Source of the DNA: Tubiluchus corallicola | Taxonomy: Eukaryota > Animalia > Priapulida | Reading direction: 5' to 3' | DNA: 64,000 nucleotides | NCBI GenBank assembly: GCA_030141605.1 | Contig: JAQGDQ010002408.1 | Span: 1-64,000 of the forward strand | In this document: positions 1-11,002 of the stretch, one piece after another | Layout of the letters: every line of letters begins with the position of its first letter | Numbering within the stretch: position 1 is the first letter of the stretch | The notes under the pieces: generated by a model | Told to the model about the DNA's origin: nothing | What the model saw: only the letters and a program-made list of their open reading frames with translations | Databases searched by the model: none | Position numbers and translations under genes: made by a program

Positions 1-2
1 TT

Positions 3-1247
3 TTTGAATGTATGATGTTTTTTTATTTTCATCAGCACTTCATAGCTAAGTGAGCTTATGGGTTTTATCCTTCCATCTGTTCCTTGTACAAGTATTTTCT
101 CAAATTCTTTTGTTTGCTCTTTACTTACTAATTTGAAGTTATTTTCATTGGCGTAGCTTTTTGTGGCAAATGGGGTAAGCCCTAAAATGAGGATGAGTAG
201 TATTTTTTCTTTTTGTAGTTGTATTTTGCTAATTTTTCGTGATAGTACCCTAAGTCTGCCATTGCGAGTGAATAGCGACCCTATCATTCCCAAAATCATT
301 AGTATATAGCCTATGTAGGTTATTGTAGTGCCAAGCCAATCTTTATTTGCGGAGAGAACAGTGCCTTTCTCATCCTGGTCGTAAGATGCTTGATAGAATC
401 TGTATCCTCTATAGTTCAATATGTTGTTCATAAATATTTTATGGTCTTCTTTTTTGTTTTTTTGCTTGTCTGTTACGGTTACGTGGCTGGTGTAGGAAGA
501 TGGGCTGTTTGAACCTGTGTATTTTTGTAATTCAAATTTTTTGAGATGTATAGAAAAAGGTAGGTATATTCTTTTTTTGCCGTAGGTGATGGTATAGTGG
601 GTGTTGTCTATTTCAAAGTTTTCGGGCATTCCTTCTGTGTTGTCTATGCCTTTCACACTAATTGTTTTTGTAGTTTTTCCTTGCGTTATTTCCAATATTA
701 CTACCCTGATGTTTTGAAAGTTGTGCGAATGTGGTATTGTATGATGATATTTTAAGAGCCGAATGTTGATTTTTTCATTACCGAAATAGTAATTCTTACT
801 AAGCCTATTTTGCCCTATGGGAGCAAAGAGTGTTTTCTGGTGGAAGGTGACACTGTCATTATCTTTTTTAAATGTAATGGTTAAGAAATTATGCTCCGAC
901 AGTATGTAGTTCGAAGTTTCTCCTTCGCGAATGTGTATTGTACCTTCAAAACCTACATACCTAGTAATCCAAGCTCCTGCTACAACAAAAATAAAAGATA
1001 GGTGAAAGATAAAGATGAATATTTTTTTCTTCTTGAATGTTTTGTGTTTGAAAAGGGCTAGTACTAAATTGACAGATAATATGAATAACATTATTTCAAA
1101 CCATTTAGCATTGTAAATCAAAGCTCTGGCTGTTGCTGTGTTGTAACTGTTTTCTATAAATGTGGCAATGGCTATGCTGATGGCAAAAATGAAGATTAAA
1201 CTTCCCATCAATTTCATAGAAGAAAGAATTTTGTATAGTTTTTTCAT
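3..1247 (-). CDS. ccsBA: Cytochrome c biogenesis protein CcsBA (system II), N-terminal ResB/CcsB part; runs off the window start
   Basis: Absent from the ORF track because it has no stop in the window. Manual translation from the ATG at 1247: MKKLYKILSSMKLMGSLIFIFAISIAIATFIENSYNTATARALIYNAKWFE...FIFHLSFIFVVAGAWITRYVGFEGTIHIREG...GSNSPSSYTS...IFMNNILNYRGYRFYQASYDQDEKGTVLS. These are characteristic CcsBA motifs. Confidence 0.88.
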   Translation of the reverse strand, partial: MKKLYKILSSMKLMGSLIFIFAISIAIATFIENSYNTATARALIYNAKWFEIMLFILSVNLVLALFKHKTFKKKKIFIFIFHLSFIFVVAGAWITRYVGFEGTIHIREGETSNYILSEHNFLTITFKKDNDSVTFHQKTLFAPIGQNRLSKNYYFGNEKINIRLLKYHHTIPHSHNFQNIRVVILEITQGKTTKTISVKGIDNTEGMPENFEIDNTHYTITYGKKRIYLPFSIHLKKFELQKYTGSNSPSSYTSHVTVTDKQKNKKEDHKIFMNNILNYRGYRFYQASYDQDEKGTVLSANKDWLGTTITYIGYILMILGMIGSLFTRNGRLRVLSRKISKIQLQKEKILLILILGLTPFATKSYANENNFKLVSKEQTKEFEKILVQGTDGRIKPISSLSYEVLMKIKKHHTFK

Positions 1248-1269
1248 CGTTTTTCTAAGAATATTTGTA

Positions 1270-1277
1270 CAAAGTTA
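1270..1277 (-). promoter_or_regulatory. Bacteroidota sigma70 -7 element (TAACTTTG) upstream of ccsBA
   Basis: Matches TAnnTTTG about 23 nt upstream of the ATG. Confidence 0.55.
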
Positions 1278-1538
1278 AGTTTTTGAGAGTGTTATTAGGC
1301 AGGTTTTTAATAAAAAAATAATGGCGATGGTTCTTAGCCTGTTCTTTACCTAAGCACTCCATAGTTTTAGGAACTATGTTTTGAAAGGGGATTTTGAGCA
1401 GGAAGCAAAACTATATAATAGATATCTTTTGTTTCTACGACTGAAATAACTTATTAGATTTTTTTAGCTTTGAATGTAAATAATAGCTGCTAATTTAGAT
1501 ATTGCTTTTATTTACAAGCTATATGACTGTTTCTTTTC

Positions 1539-1976
1539 TTATTTTTCAATTCCAAAGAGGATGGCGACACAGCCTTCATTAACTGTCTCTGTTTTTGTTT
1601 CTTTATGGGGAATTTTCAGGATAATACTAACATTTTGAGGTGAGTCAAATTCAAAGTCCCAATAGTTTTTATCCTCTTTTTTCTTACTTTCGTAAATGAT
1701 GTTTTTATTTTTGTCCAATATTTTGAACTGCACCTTAGATGAAGAATAAAAGCTGCAAATAGTCATTCTATATTTTTGGTAGGCGCTAAATGTTTTATGA
1801 AGTTCTGCTTCTTCTCCTTCTGCTAGTATTGTTGTATTGTAATTGCCATCATATACATATGGATTTAAGATATTTCTGCAAAAGTTCTTCACAAAACTAC
1901 GGCATTGCGAATAAGTTTGATTAGAAGTAAATACTAATGAAATTAATATCATACAAATAACATATAGTTTTTTCAT
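1539..1976 (-). CDS. Secreted hypothetical protein, 145 aa, Cys-containing beta-rich domain
   Basis: Signal peptide ending near TYS-Q; four Cys in the mature part; 21 bp from the upstream gene. Confidence 0.75.
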   Translation of the reverse strand: MKKLYVICMILISLVFTSNQTYSQCRSFVKNFCRNILNPYVYDGNYNTTILAEGEEAELHKTFSAYQKYRMTICSFYSSSKVQFKILDKNKNIIYESKKKEDKNYWDFEFDSPQNVSIILKIPHKETKTETVNEGCVAILFGIEK

Positions 1977-1997
1977 AGTAAATAATGAAAATTTATT

Positions 1998-2915
1998 TTA
2001 CGATACAAACTCGTTTCTTATTGTTTTCACTTGTTTTTTTAGGAACTGGAAATCTTTTTCATCTATTATAATTTTTGAGTCTGACTTTATTATAGTAGCA
2101 TCTTTTTGTACACTATATTCTAATGTTGTTGTAGAAACATTGTATTCAAATTTATCAAATGTTTTTTTCAATTGTTTCAACCTTGCGACTATCATATTGA
2201 TATTATTGTCCTTTTCTTGGTACAATAGTTCTATTTGCTCTAATAAAATATCCAAACTCAATTTTTGGCTTATAATAAGACTGCTAAATTCTTCCTGTTT
2301 TATGTTGGATATATTAAATACTTGTGTTGTTAGATATAGGCTTTCTATCCAACTGCCAGCAATTATATATGTGGATAGTTGCATTTGTTCATTTTCCATC
2401 AAATAAGAGTTTGATGCCATATATATATCTGCTATAATATTTGAGATAAGTTCTCTATCGTTTATATTATTTTCTAATTCTTGTAATGTTTTTGGTGAGA
2501 TGGCATCTGTTATATTTATTTTATCTGCTAAAATTTTGCAAGCAGACATATATCTTGCTGTATTTTGTTGGTTGCTAAATAGACTTGTGAAGCTTAAATC
2601 AGCAATATAAATTCCAAGATTAGTTGCTATCTCTTTGCTTGACACATAAGTTTCTACATTGTTTAAGGGGTTTAGAAGTTCTTCGTTGTATTTTAACTTA
2701 AGTCTTTTAAGGGCAATGGCTATTTCTAAGGGAGATGGTAAAGCGTGTAAGATGTATTTGGACTGAACAACATTTTTCTGGGTTATTTCAGCCAACTCTG
2801 TTGATATATCTGCTAGTTCGTTTTTGTTCTTTTTTACTGAATTCATACAAGAAGATGTAAACAGAATGGCAATGAGTAAGCCTGTAACTGGTTTTTTATA
2901 AATGGAGATATTCAT
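1998..2915 (-). CDS. Hypothetical alpha-helical lipoprotein, 305 aa
   Basis: Lipobox-like FTSSC; motifs LPSPLEIA, NLGIYIADLS, GSWIESLY. Confidence 0.78.
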   Translation of the reverse strand: MNISIYKKPVTGLLIAILFTSSCMNSVKKNKNELADISTELAEITQKNVVQSKYILHALPSPLEIAIALKRLKLKYNEELLNPLNNVETYVSSKEIATNLGIYIADLSFTSLFSNQQNTARYMSACKILADKINITDAISPKTLQELENNINDRELISNIIADIYMASNSYLMENEQMQLSTYIIAGSWIESLYLTTQVFNISNIKQEEFSSLIISQKLSLDILLEQIELLYQEKDNNINMIVARLKQLKKTFDKFEYNVSTTTLEYSVQKDATIIKSDSKIIIDEKDFQFLKKQVKTIRNEFVS

Positions 2916-3040
2916 TTTAGTATTAAAATAGTTAAGAATTATAACAACTATATTATAAACTTTGCTCGAACTAATTGTTGTAAGCTACTATTAAAACTAA
3001 CTGTTGAATAGAATATTTATTATGTGAAAAAAATGTAATA

Positions 3041-3077
3041 AAAGAAAAGCACCTATCTTTTTATAAGATGGGTGCTT
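3041..3077 (-). terminator. Rho-independent terminator after dnaN
   Basis: 13-bp stem with one imperfect pair, AAGCACCTATCTT/AAGATGGGTGCTT (3047-3077), followed by a U-rich tract on the minus strand. Confidence 0.75.
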
Positions 3078-3108
3078 ATGATTTTGTTTGTATACTACAA
3101 ATACGGCT

Positions 3109-4257
3109 TTAATTTTCTACGATATCAGGGGTATTAATCATCATTGGCATTAGAAGCATTAACAAATCTTGTGATTCGTCTTCTTTATTAGTGGGAGAGA
3201 ATATGCCTGCCCTGTTGGCATCTGTAAGTTCTAACTCTATTTCGGTTGAATCTATATTTTGTAGGATGTCTCTAATGAAAGTTGATTTAAAGCCTATTTG
3301 TATTTCTTCTCCTTTGTATTGGCATTTCAACTTTTCTACAGCAGATATTGAAAAATCTATATCTTGTGCAGATATAATTACTTCTGTTTTTTTTATTTCT
3401 AATTTTACAAGAAGACTTGATTGATTAGAAAAAAGAGCTACTCTCTTTAATGCGTTGTAAAATTCTACTCTATCTATTGTTAGTTTGTAGGGGTTGCTTT
3501 CAGGTATTACAGAGTTGTAATTAGGATAATTGCCTTCTATAAGCAGGCATATAATCTTATAGTCAGGTAATATAATGTGTGCATATCTATCGTTGAAGTC
3601 TATTTTTACTTCGTTTATTTCTTTTGACAAAAGGTCTTTAATTAAACTGGCAGGTTTTTTGGGTAAAATAAACGATGAGTTTAATTCAGAGTTGATATCG
3701 TCTCTCCTGTATCTTACAAGTTTATGAGCGTCAGAGGCTACGAATATTATATTATTTTTATTTATGTCAAGGTATATTCCGTTCATTACAGGTCTGTATT
3801 CATCTTCTGCAGTAGCAAACAAAGTTTTTTCTATACCTGTTTGAAAAGCATCTGTTGGCAACGATGCTGATTTAACATTCTCTTTCTCCAGTTCTTTTAT
3901 CACTGGGTATTCGTTTGCATCTTGCCCTACAATAGAGTACTCTCCATTATTAGATATTATTTTTATAGTGAGTTCTTTCTCTTCAATATCAAAGGTTAAT
4001 GGTTGTTCGGGAAGCTCTCTTAAAATATCTAACAATATTTTTGAAGGAACAGCAATTTTGCCAGAATCATTGCCTTCTTGTAATGTAATTGTAGAAATAA
4101 GTGTGGTGGCTTTATCTGATGCTGTTAAAGTTAAATTGGTGTTTTTTATTTCAAACAAAAAATTATTTAAAATGGGGAAAGTGCTTTTAGGATCAATAAC
4201 TTTACCAATAGATTGCAGCCTTGCTAATAATTCACTACTTGATACAATAAATTTCAT
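3109..4257 (-). CDS. dnaN: DNA polymerase III beta subunit (sliding clamp)
   Basis: MKFIVSSSELL start, PILNNFLF, RPVMNG, VASDAHKL, GNYPNY, MLLMPM C-terminus. Confidence 0.97.
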   Translation of the reverse strand: MKFIVSSSELLARLQSIGKVIDPKSTFPILNNFLFEIKNTNLTLTASDKATTLISTITLQEGNDSGKIAVPSKILLDILRELPEQPLTFDIEEKELTIKIISNNGEYSIVGQDANEYPVIKELEKENVKSASLPTDAFQTGIEKTLFATAEDEYRPVMNGIYLDINKNNIIFVASDAHKLVRYRRDDINSELNSSFILPKKPASLIKDLLSKEINEVKIDFNDRYAHIILPDYKIICLLIEGNYPNYNSVIPESNPYKLTIDRVEFYNALKRVALFSNQSSLLVKLEIKKTEVIISAQDIDFSISAVEKLKCQYKGEEIQIGFKSTFIRDILQNIDSTEIELELTDANRAGIFSPTNKEDESQDLLMLLMPMMINTPDIVEN

Positions 4258-4459
4258 CTTTAATAAAAATAAAAGGTAAATTTACAATGTAAAATTCTTA
4301 AATTAAAATACAATTATAAGTTTTTTTTATAATAAGAAAGGAGTATGTTAATAAGTTTTGATAAATTTCTTATTTATGAACAATAATTTTCTTTTTTTTA
4401 ATCATACGATTAGGCTTTTTTTATTGTATTTCCTTCATTGTAGGGTGGTTTAAAAGAAT

Positions 4460-6400
4460 TTATAAAATTTTTAAAATTTTCAGCTCTGTTCTTCTGTTTT
4501 TGGCTCTTCCTTCATTCGTTTCGTTGCTGGATACAGGCTGGCTACTTCCATAGCCTTTGTAGGATAGCCTTTGGGGAGGGACATTGTTGCTTATTAAGAA
4601 ATCATATACAGCTTTGGCTCGTTGTGTAGAAAGCTCTAAGTTGTAAGCATCGCTACCTGTGTTGTCTGTATGACCTCCTATTTCTACTGTCAGTTTAGTA
4701 TTGTTGTTCATAAACTCCAATATCCTTTTCAATTCTGAGATTGATTTTTGCTGTAATTCGTAGGAGTCTGTTTCAAAAAAAATATTGTTTAGCACCACTC
4801 TACTATCTTCTTCAATGGGTTGTAGAGCTATGTTCAATAGGTATGGAGATAGGATGGTGTTGGTGTCTACAAGCGAGAAGCTTTTGGAATGGAACAAATA
4901 TCCTTCTTTTGATATGCTCAAAGAGTATTCCCTATTGGCAGGTAGTACTATCAAGAAGCCATTGTCTTTGTCCGACAATGTTGTTGTCACTATTTTTCTT
5001 GTCTGTAAATCAGTGAGTTGTATGTTGGCTATTAGTTTTTCATTAGTCTTTTTGTTGCTTACCATTCCCTTTGCGTAAGTGACGGGTTGAGGTCTTGCTT
5101 CTTTGTATAGGTTGAAGTAAAACAGGCTTTTTAAACTATCTCGGTTGGAAGAGAAATAAGCAGTCTCACCAGCTGCACTAATATTTATGCCCTCTTCATC
5201 TTTATAAGTGTTTATCGGATAGCCTAAGTTTTGAGGTTTTGACCATTGTCCGTTAGGGGTTTTACGGCTTACGAAAATATCTGCCCCTCCCATACCAGTG
5301 TGATAATCGGAGGAGAAATACAAAGTAGCATTGTCATAATGGATGAAAGGAGCTATTTCATTGCCTACGGTGTTTATGCTGTCTCCCAAGTTTTTTGGCT
5401 CTTCAAAAATAGGTTTTCCATTGTAGTTATATCCTCTTAGCACTGCGTACCAAATATCATTTTTCCCTTTTCCTCCTTCTCTGTTGCTCACAAAATAGAG
5501 TACCTTGCCATCAGACGAAATACTTGGCTGTGATTCCCACATTCTACTATTTACAGGTTCTCCTAAGTTTTTTGGATAAGTCCATTTGTCCCCCAACTTT
5601 CTAGAGTAATAAATGTCGCACCCACCCACTGCACCCTTACGCCCACAAGCTGTAAAGTAGAAATACTGTTCGTCGGCAGTAATAGTATGCGTTCCTTCAT
5701 TTCCTAAGGTATTTAATGGTGGTCCCATATTGAGTGCCTGTTGCCACACACCATCTTTTTGATAGCTGATGAAAAAATCTTCGTGTATATTGCCTACTCT
5801 ATAAGGAGCTTCTTCATTTATTTTTATCAAAGAGGTAAATATGAGCCGCTTGCCGTCTATGCTTATGCTTGGCCAATATGAATGATAGCTCGTATTTACA
5901 TCAATACTTTGAGGGGAATATGGCACGGGACTTGCTATTGCATCTATGGCGAAACGACATCTTTCTAAGAGTTTTTCTGTTTTCTCTTTTCTCCTTCTAC
6001 TTAGCTTGTCGAAGGTTAAAACTTTTTTCAAATATTCTTGTGCCTCTGTGTATTGCCCATATTGCAGCAATGTTTCGCCCAAAAGAAAATAGATGCGGGC
6101 AGAGTAGTTGGGGTCAATAGCAAGTGCTGCCTTATAGGAAAGCACAGCTTTTTCATACATTTTTTTTTGATAGTATATTTCTGCTTTTAGTAGATGTGCT
6201 TCCACAAACTGGTCGTCTGCCTTCAACGATTGGTTAAGCTCTTTTAAGGCTTGGTTGTAATAAAGCAATGAGAAGTTGTTGGAAGCTGCCTTGTAGTTTT
6301 TTATTGCTTTTTTCGATTTGGTGGAGTAGGGTTGGCTATATGCAATAGTTGAAAAGAAAACTAAAAATAGGATAAGTAATATGTTTTTTAGCATATGCAA
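4460..6400 (-). CDS. TPR + PD40 beta-propeller + OmpA-like peptidoglycan-binding protein (PorE-like architecture, not a lipoprotein)
   Basis: N-terminal TPRs, PD40 repeats (SQPSISSDG, APFIHYDNATLYFSS), OmpA C-terminus (IGGHTDNTG...NLELSTQRA...NRRTE). Confidence 0.9.
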   Translation of the reverse strand: MHMLKNILLILFLVFFSTIAYSQPYSTKSKKAIKNYKAASNNFSLLYYNQALKELNQSLKADDQFVEAHLLKAEIYYQKKMYEKAVLSYKAALAIDPNYSARIYFLLGETLLQYGQYTEAQEYLKKVLTFDKLSRRRKEKTEKLLERCRFAIDAIASPVPYSPQSIDVNTSYHSYWPSISIDGKRLIFTSLIKINEEAPYRVGNIHEDFFISYQKDGVWQQALNMGPPLNTLGNEGTHTITADEQYFYFTACGRKGAVGGCDIYYSRKLGDKWTYPKNLGEPVNSRMWESQPSISSDGKVLYFVSNREGGKGKNDIWYAVLRGYNYNGKPIFEEPKNLGDSINTVGNEIAPFIHYDNATLYFSSDYHTGMGGADIFVSRKTPNGQWSKPQNLGYPINTYKDEEGINISAAGETAYFSSNRDSLKSLFYFNLYKEARPQPVTYAKGMVSNKKTNEKLIANIQLTDLQTRKIVTTTLSDKDNGFLIVLPANREYSLSISKEGYLFHSKSFSLVDTNTILSPYLLNIALQPIEEDSRVVLNNIFFETDSYELQQKSISELKRILEFMNNNTKLTVEIGGHTDNTGSDAYNLELSTQRAKAVYDFLISNNVPPQRLSYKGYGSSQPVSSNETNEGRAKNRRTELKILKIL

Positions 6401-6846
6401 AATAGGGCTTAAATAAATACTAAGGTAGAAGTTTTCTTGAAAATCGTATAGCTTTTGTAAGCTAAAAATGATAAATAAGAAACATAGCTACAAAAAAGTA
6501 TCATCGTTTGTTCTTATCTTTTTTCAGATATTGCTTATTAACGAAAAGGGATGCTAACTTTAATCTAAGAATGTGCCGCTTACATTGTTTTTCGTATTTT
6601 AAAACTATTTTTGTTCTTTTATTTTTATGCTGTTAGCAGCAAACCTACAAATGTGCCAGAAGTAGTATTAGTTGTTCAATAATTTAAAGTAGCTTGAAGT
6701 TGTGTATAATTAGCATTTCTTTAAAGTGTCCTTTTTGCTGTTTTTTTGGTCGTTATATTATTGCTTAATATTGCTGGAATGTTGAAAACTTTTTTTATTC
6801 TTTCTAAGAATTAGATCAAAAAAATATATTTTTGTTTTTTTAATGA

Positions 6847-7971
<1,125 letters not shown>

Positions 7972-8011
7972 CAAAGATAGGGGGGTAGATGAAGTAGCAC
8001 ATTTTCTTATA

Positions 8012-8019
8012 TAACTTTG
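8012..8019 (+). promoter_or_regulatory. Bacteroidota -7 promoter element (TAACTTTG)
   Basis: TAnnTTTG 26 nt before the ATG at 8046. Confidence 0.55.
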
Positions 8020-8045
8020 CTGGCAAATATTCGCTATGTTTGTAG

Positions 8046-8861
8046 ATGCAAATAATATCTTCTATAAAAACTTTACTGCTTGGAATAAGCACTTATAAAG
8101 ATGCTGCTGTCCTTATAGTCAAAAGAAGATTGTTTATATATTTTCTATTTCCTATTATATTTTACCTACTTTATTTTATAGCCAGTATTTGCTTATTGTC
8201 TTCCATTGTTGAAGGGTTAAGAAATTATGTTTTAAATTTTTTTTACGATTTCAATCTAGCAAATTGGGGCTGGCTTATTAACCTCATAACTATCTCTTTA
8301 ATATATGTTGTGAAGTTGATTATATTCCTCCTTTTTGCCTACCTATCAGGTTACATAGTTCTTGTTTTAATGTCTCCTGTCATATCTCATCTTTCTGAGA
8401 AAACAGAGCAAATCGTTACAGGCAATACAACTTCTACCAAATATCTCCAAATGCTAAAAAACTCTTTGATAGGAGTAAGGGTAGCTGTCGTCAATTTCTT
8501 TTCAGAAGTAGGAATTATTGCTATCACATTTATTTTTGCGTTTATGCCCGTAGTGGGGCTTATTACTCCTTTTTTTCTTGTTATTATTACTGCCTATTTC
8601 TATGGTTTTTCGTTTATAGATTATTATTTGGAAAGAAAAAACCTTAATACTCGTCAGCGAATAAAATTCATAAGGAAAAACAAATGGTTTGTTATAGGTA
8701 ACGGGCTTGTTTTTTTGTTTTTCTTTCTTATCCCTTATGTTGGAGTTTTGTTAGGTGCTTTTGTTTGCATATTTTCAACTGTAGCTGCTACTATAGGTGT
8801 GAATAAGATATGGGAAGAGAAAAATTATTCGAAGTTTCATAAATTAAAAATTAAAAATTAG
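8046..8861 (+). CDS. EI24/CysZ-like integral membrane protein
   Basis: Several TM segments; SPVISHLSEKTE and YFYGFSFIDYYLER motifs. Confidence 0.8.
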   Translation: MQIISSIKTLLLGISTYKDAAVLIVKRRLFIYFLFPIIFYLLYFIASICLLSSIVEGLRNYVLNFFYDFNLANWGWLINLITISLIYVVKLIIFLLFAYLSGYIVLVLMSPVISHLSEKTEQIVTGNTTSTKYLQMLKNSLIGVRVAVVNFFSEVGIIAITFIFAFMPVVGLITPFFLVIITAYFYGFSFIDYYLERKNLNTRQRIKFIRKNKWFVIGNGLVFLFFFLIPYVGVLLGAFVCIFSTVAATIGVNKIWEEKNYSKFHKLKIKN

Positions 8862-8944
8862 GATTAGTAAAATTAATTTACTATACTTGTTTTTTGTTAT
8901 TAATTGGTATTGATTGATTTTTGATTAAAAAAATAGGAATCTCC

Positions 8945-9271
8945 ATGAACTTGAATGTTGTCTTTTTTATGTGTATTTTGCTGTTTTTTGGAAGTTTTGA
9001 TTTGAACTCTCAAGTAGGAATAGGAACAAATGAACCACAAGGAGTATTAGATGTGAGGTCTCAAGCAGAAGGAATTAATGATCATTATGGTTTGGTGCTT
9101 CCTAGAGCAAATATAACCTCTAATGGAATTGAAAATCCTCAAGGTGGTAGTGTTCCCGTAGGCACGATGGTATTTGATTTGGATACTGATTACAATTGCG
9201 TGCGAGTGTACTTAGATGCTGAGGGGTGGTCGGATTGTTTGTCTGCGGTTGATATATGGAATCAACCATAA
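8945..9271 (+). CDS. Small secreted protein with a QVGIGT..P..VLDV module
   Basis: Signal peptide, then QVGIGTNEPQGVLDVRS...GLVLPR...GTMVFD...C..Y...W..C, a module typical of Bacteroidota secreted proteins; ATG at 8945 preferred over TTG at 8921. Confidence 0.65.
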   Translation: MNLNVVFFMCILLFFGSFDLNSQVGIGTNEPQGVLDVRSQAEGINDHYGLVLPRANITSNGIENPQGGSVPVGTMVFDLDTDYNCVRVYLDAEGWSDCLSAVDIWNQP

Positions 9272-9371
9272 TCTATTTCTATACAATAAAAGTATTGAGA
9301 AGATAAAGCCTTAAGGAAGCTATATTTTAAATAAATCTTTGTTTCCTCACTCTTTAAATAAGGTTTATTAT

Positions 9372-9470
9372 ATGATTAAGTGCTATTTTTGTGTGTTTTT
9401 TATCTTTCTTTGGAAGTTTTGATTTTTAAGAGTAAGAATAAGCACGGATAAGCCCCAAGGAGGGTATTTA
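9372..9470 (+). pseudogene. Decayed copy of the 5' end of the 8945..9271 gene
   Basis: TTTGGAAGTTTTGATTT and CAAGGAG are shared. The relic reads LSAIFVCFLSFFGSFDF*/VRISTDKPQG against LNVVFFMCILLFFGSFDLNSQVGIGTNEPQG, with a stop and indels. Confidence 0.6.
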
Positions 9471-9588
9471 AGAATTTGTTTCTTGAAAACGAAGAAAAAA
9501 TACATTGAATATAGCACTAACGTAAGGTGTGTGTAGCTTATGAAAATTTACATAAGACCTTATAGTAGCAAGCTAAAATATAACATAG

Positions 9589-10986
9589 ATGAAAAAAGTA
9601 TTTATCTCGCTGTTCGTTTGTTTGTTTGTTTTGAGTAGTAATATGGCAGACCCAACGAGTAGGGACGTCTCTCAAATAGTTTATAAGATAAATTTAGAAC
9701 AAGATATTTCAAAAGCATCTTGGAGGCACATAAAACAAGGTTTTGAAGGTGCTGAAGAAGAAGGTGCGGATATTATACTTATCCAGATGGATACTTATGG
9801 AGGTTTAGTTGTGTATGCTGACTCTATTCGTACGCTTATATTAGACAGCAAGATACCTGTGTATGTATTTATTGACAAAAATGCGGCTTCAGCGGGTGCT
9901 TTAATTTCTATTGCTTGTGACAAAATATTTATGACACACGGCTCTACCATAGGGGCTGCAACTGTTGTTAATCAAACGGGTGAACCAGTGCCAGACAAGT
10001 ACCAGTCTTACATGCGAGCTACTATGCGAGCTACTGCACAAGCACATGGGAAGGATACTATAGTAATGGATAACGATACTACTATACAATGGAAACGAGA
10101 TCCTGATATAGCACAGTCAATGGTAGACCCTGTTATTAGCATAAAAGGTGTCATAGACTCTGGGCAAGTGCTTACTTTTACTGCGGTTGAAGCTTTTCAA
10201 CATAATTTCTGCAATGGTATAGCATCTGATGTGCAAGAGGTATTACGGCAAGCAAATATTAGTGATTATAGAATAAAAGAATATAAGCCTACTGCGATGG
10301 ATGAGATTATAGCCTTCTTGCTTAATCCTGCTTTGCAAGGTATTTTCCTGATGCTTATTATAGGTGGAATATATTATGAGCTACAAACTCCGGGTTTGGG
10401 CTTTCCTATTGCAGCGGCCATTGCAGGTGCCGTGTTGTACTTTGCCCCCCTATATTTGGAAGGTTTAGCCGAAAATTGGGAAATATCTTTATTCATTGTT
10501 GGTCTCATACTTCTTGCCGTAGAAATGTTTGTCATACCCGGGTTCGGAATAGCTGGAATACTTGGTATTGTTTGTATTATTGCCAGTTTTACGTTGAGTC
10601 TTATAGACAATGTAGTTTTTGATTTTCAGCTTCCAAGTATATATATTAGAGTTTTATTGCGTTCTTTTTTCTTTGTCTGTTTTTTCATCCTTTCTTCTTT
10701 TGTCCTTTCCCTCTATTTTAGTAAGAAATTGGTGAAAACAAGAAAACTAAAAATAGCTCTTAATACTTCTCAAGAAATAGCTGAAGGGTATATAGGTGTA
10801 ACTACTCAGCAGGATAAAATTATAGGGAAAAAAGGTGTAGCACATACTGTGTTGCGTCCCTCAGGGAAGGTGGAAATAGAAAAAGAGATGTATGATGCTG
10901 TATCTGAATATGGATTCATAAACCAAGGAGAAAAAGTAAAAGTTGTGCGTTATGAAACAGGGCAGATATATGTGGTGAAAGTTTAG
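9589..10986 (+). CDS. nfeD: Long-form NfeD membrane-bound serine protease (ClpP-like domain + TM + OB-fold)
   Basis: MDTYGG, AASAGALI, IGAATVV, ELQTPG, PGFGIAG, LRPSGKV. Confidence 0.9.
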   Translation: MKKVFISLFVCLFVLSSNMADPTSRDVSQIVYKINLEQDISKASWRHIKQGFEGAEEEGADIILIQMDTYGGLVVYADSIRTLILDSKIPVYVFIDKNAASAGALISIACDKIFMTHGSTIGAATVVNQTGEPVPDKYQSYMRATMRATAQAHGKDTIVMDNDTTIQWKRDPDIAQSMVDPVISIKGVIDSGQVLTFTAVEAFQHNFCNGIASDVQEVLRQANISDYRIKEYKPTAMDEIIAFLLNPALQGIFLMLIIGGIYYELQTPGLGFPIAAAIAGAVLYFAPLYLEGLAENWEISLFIVGLILLAVEMFVIPGFGIAGILGIVCIIASFTLSLIDNVVFDFQLPSIYIRVLLRSFFFVCFFILSSFVLSLYFSKKLVKTRKLKIALNTSQEIAEGYIGVTTQQDKIIGKKGVAHTVLRPSGKVEIEKEMYDAVSEYGFINQGEKVKVVRYETGQIYVVKV

Positions 10987-11002
10987 GTTTTATTTTTCTA
11001 CA

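Noticed and set aside
2916-4459. Replication origin near dnaN
   Set aside because: No dnaA, only a few degenerate boxes, and no obvious change in G/T bias across the region by eye.
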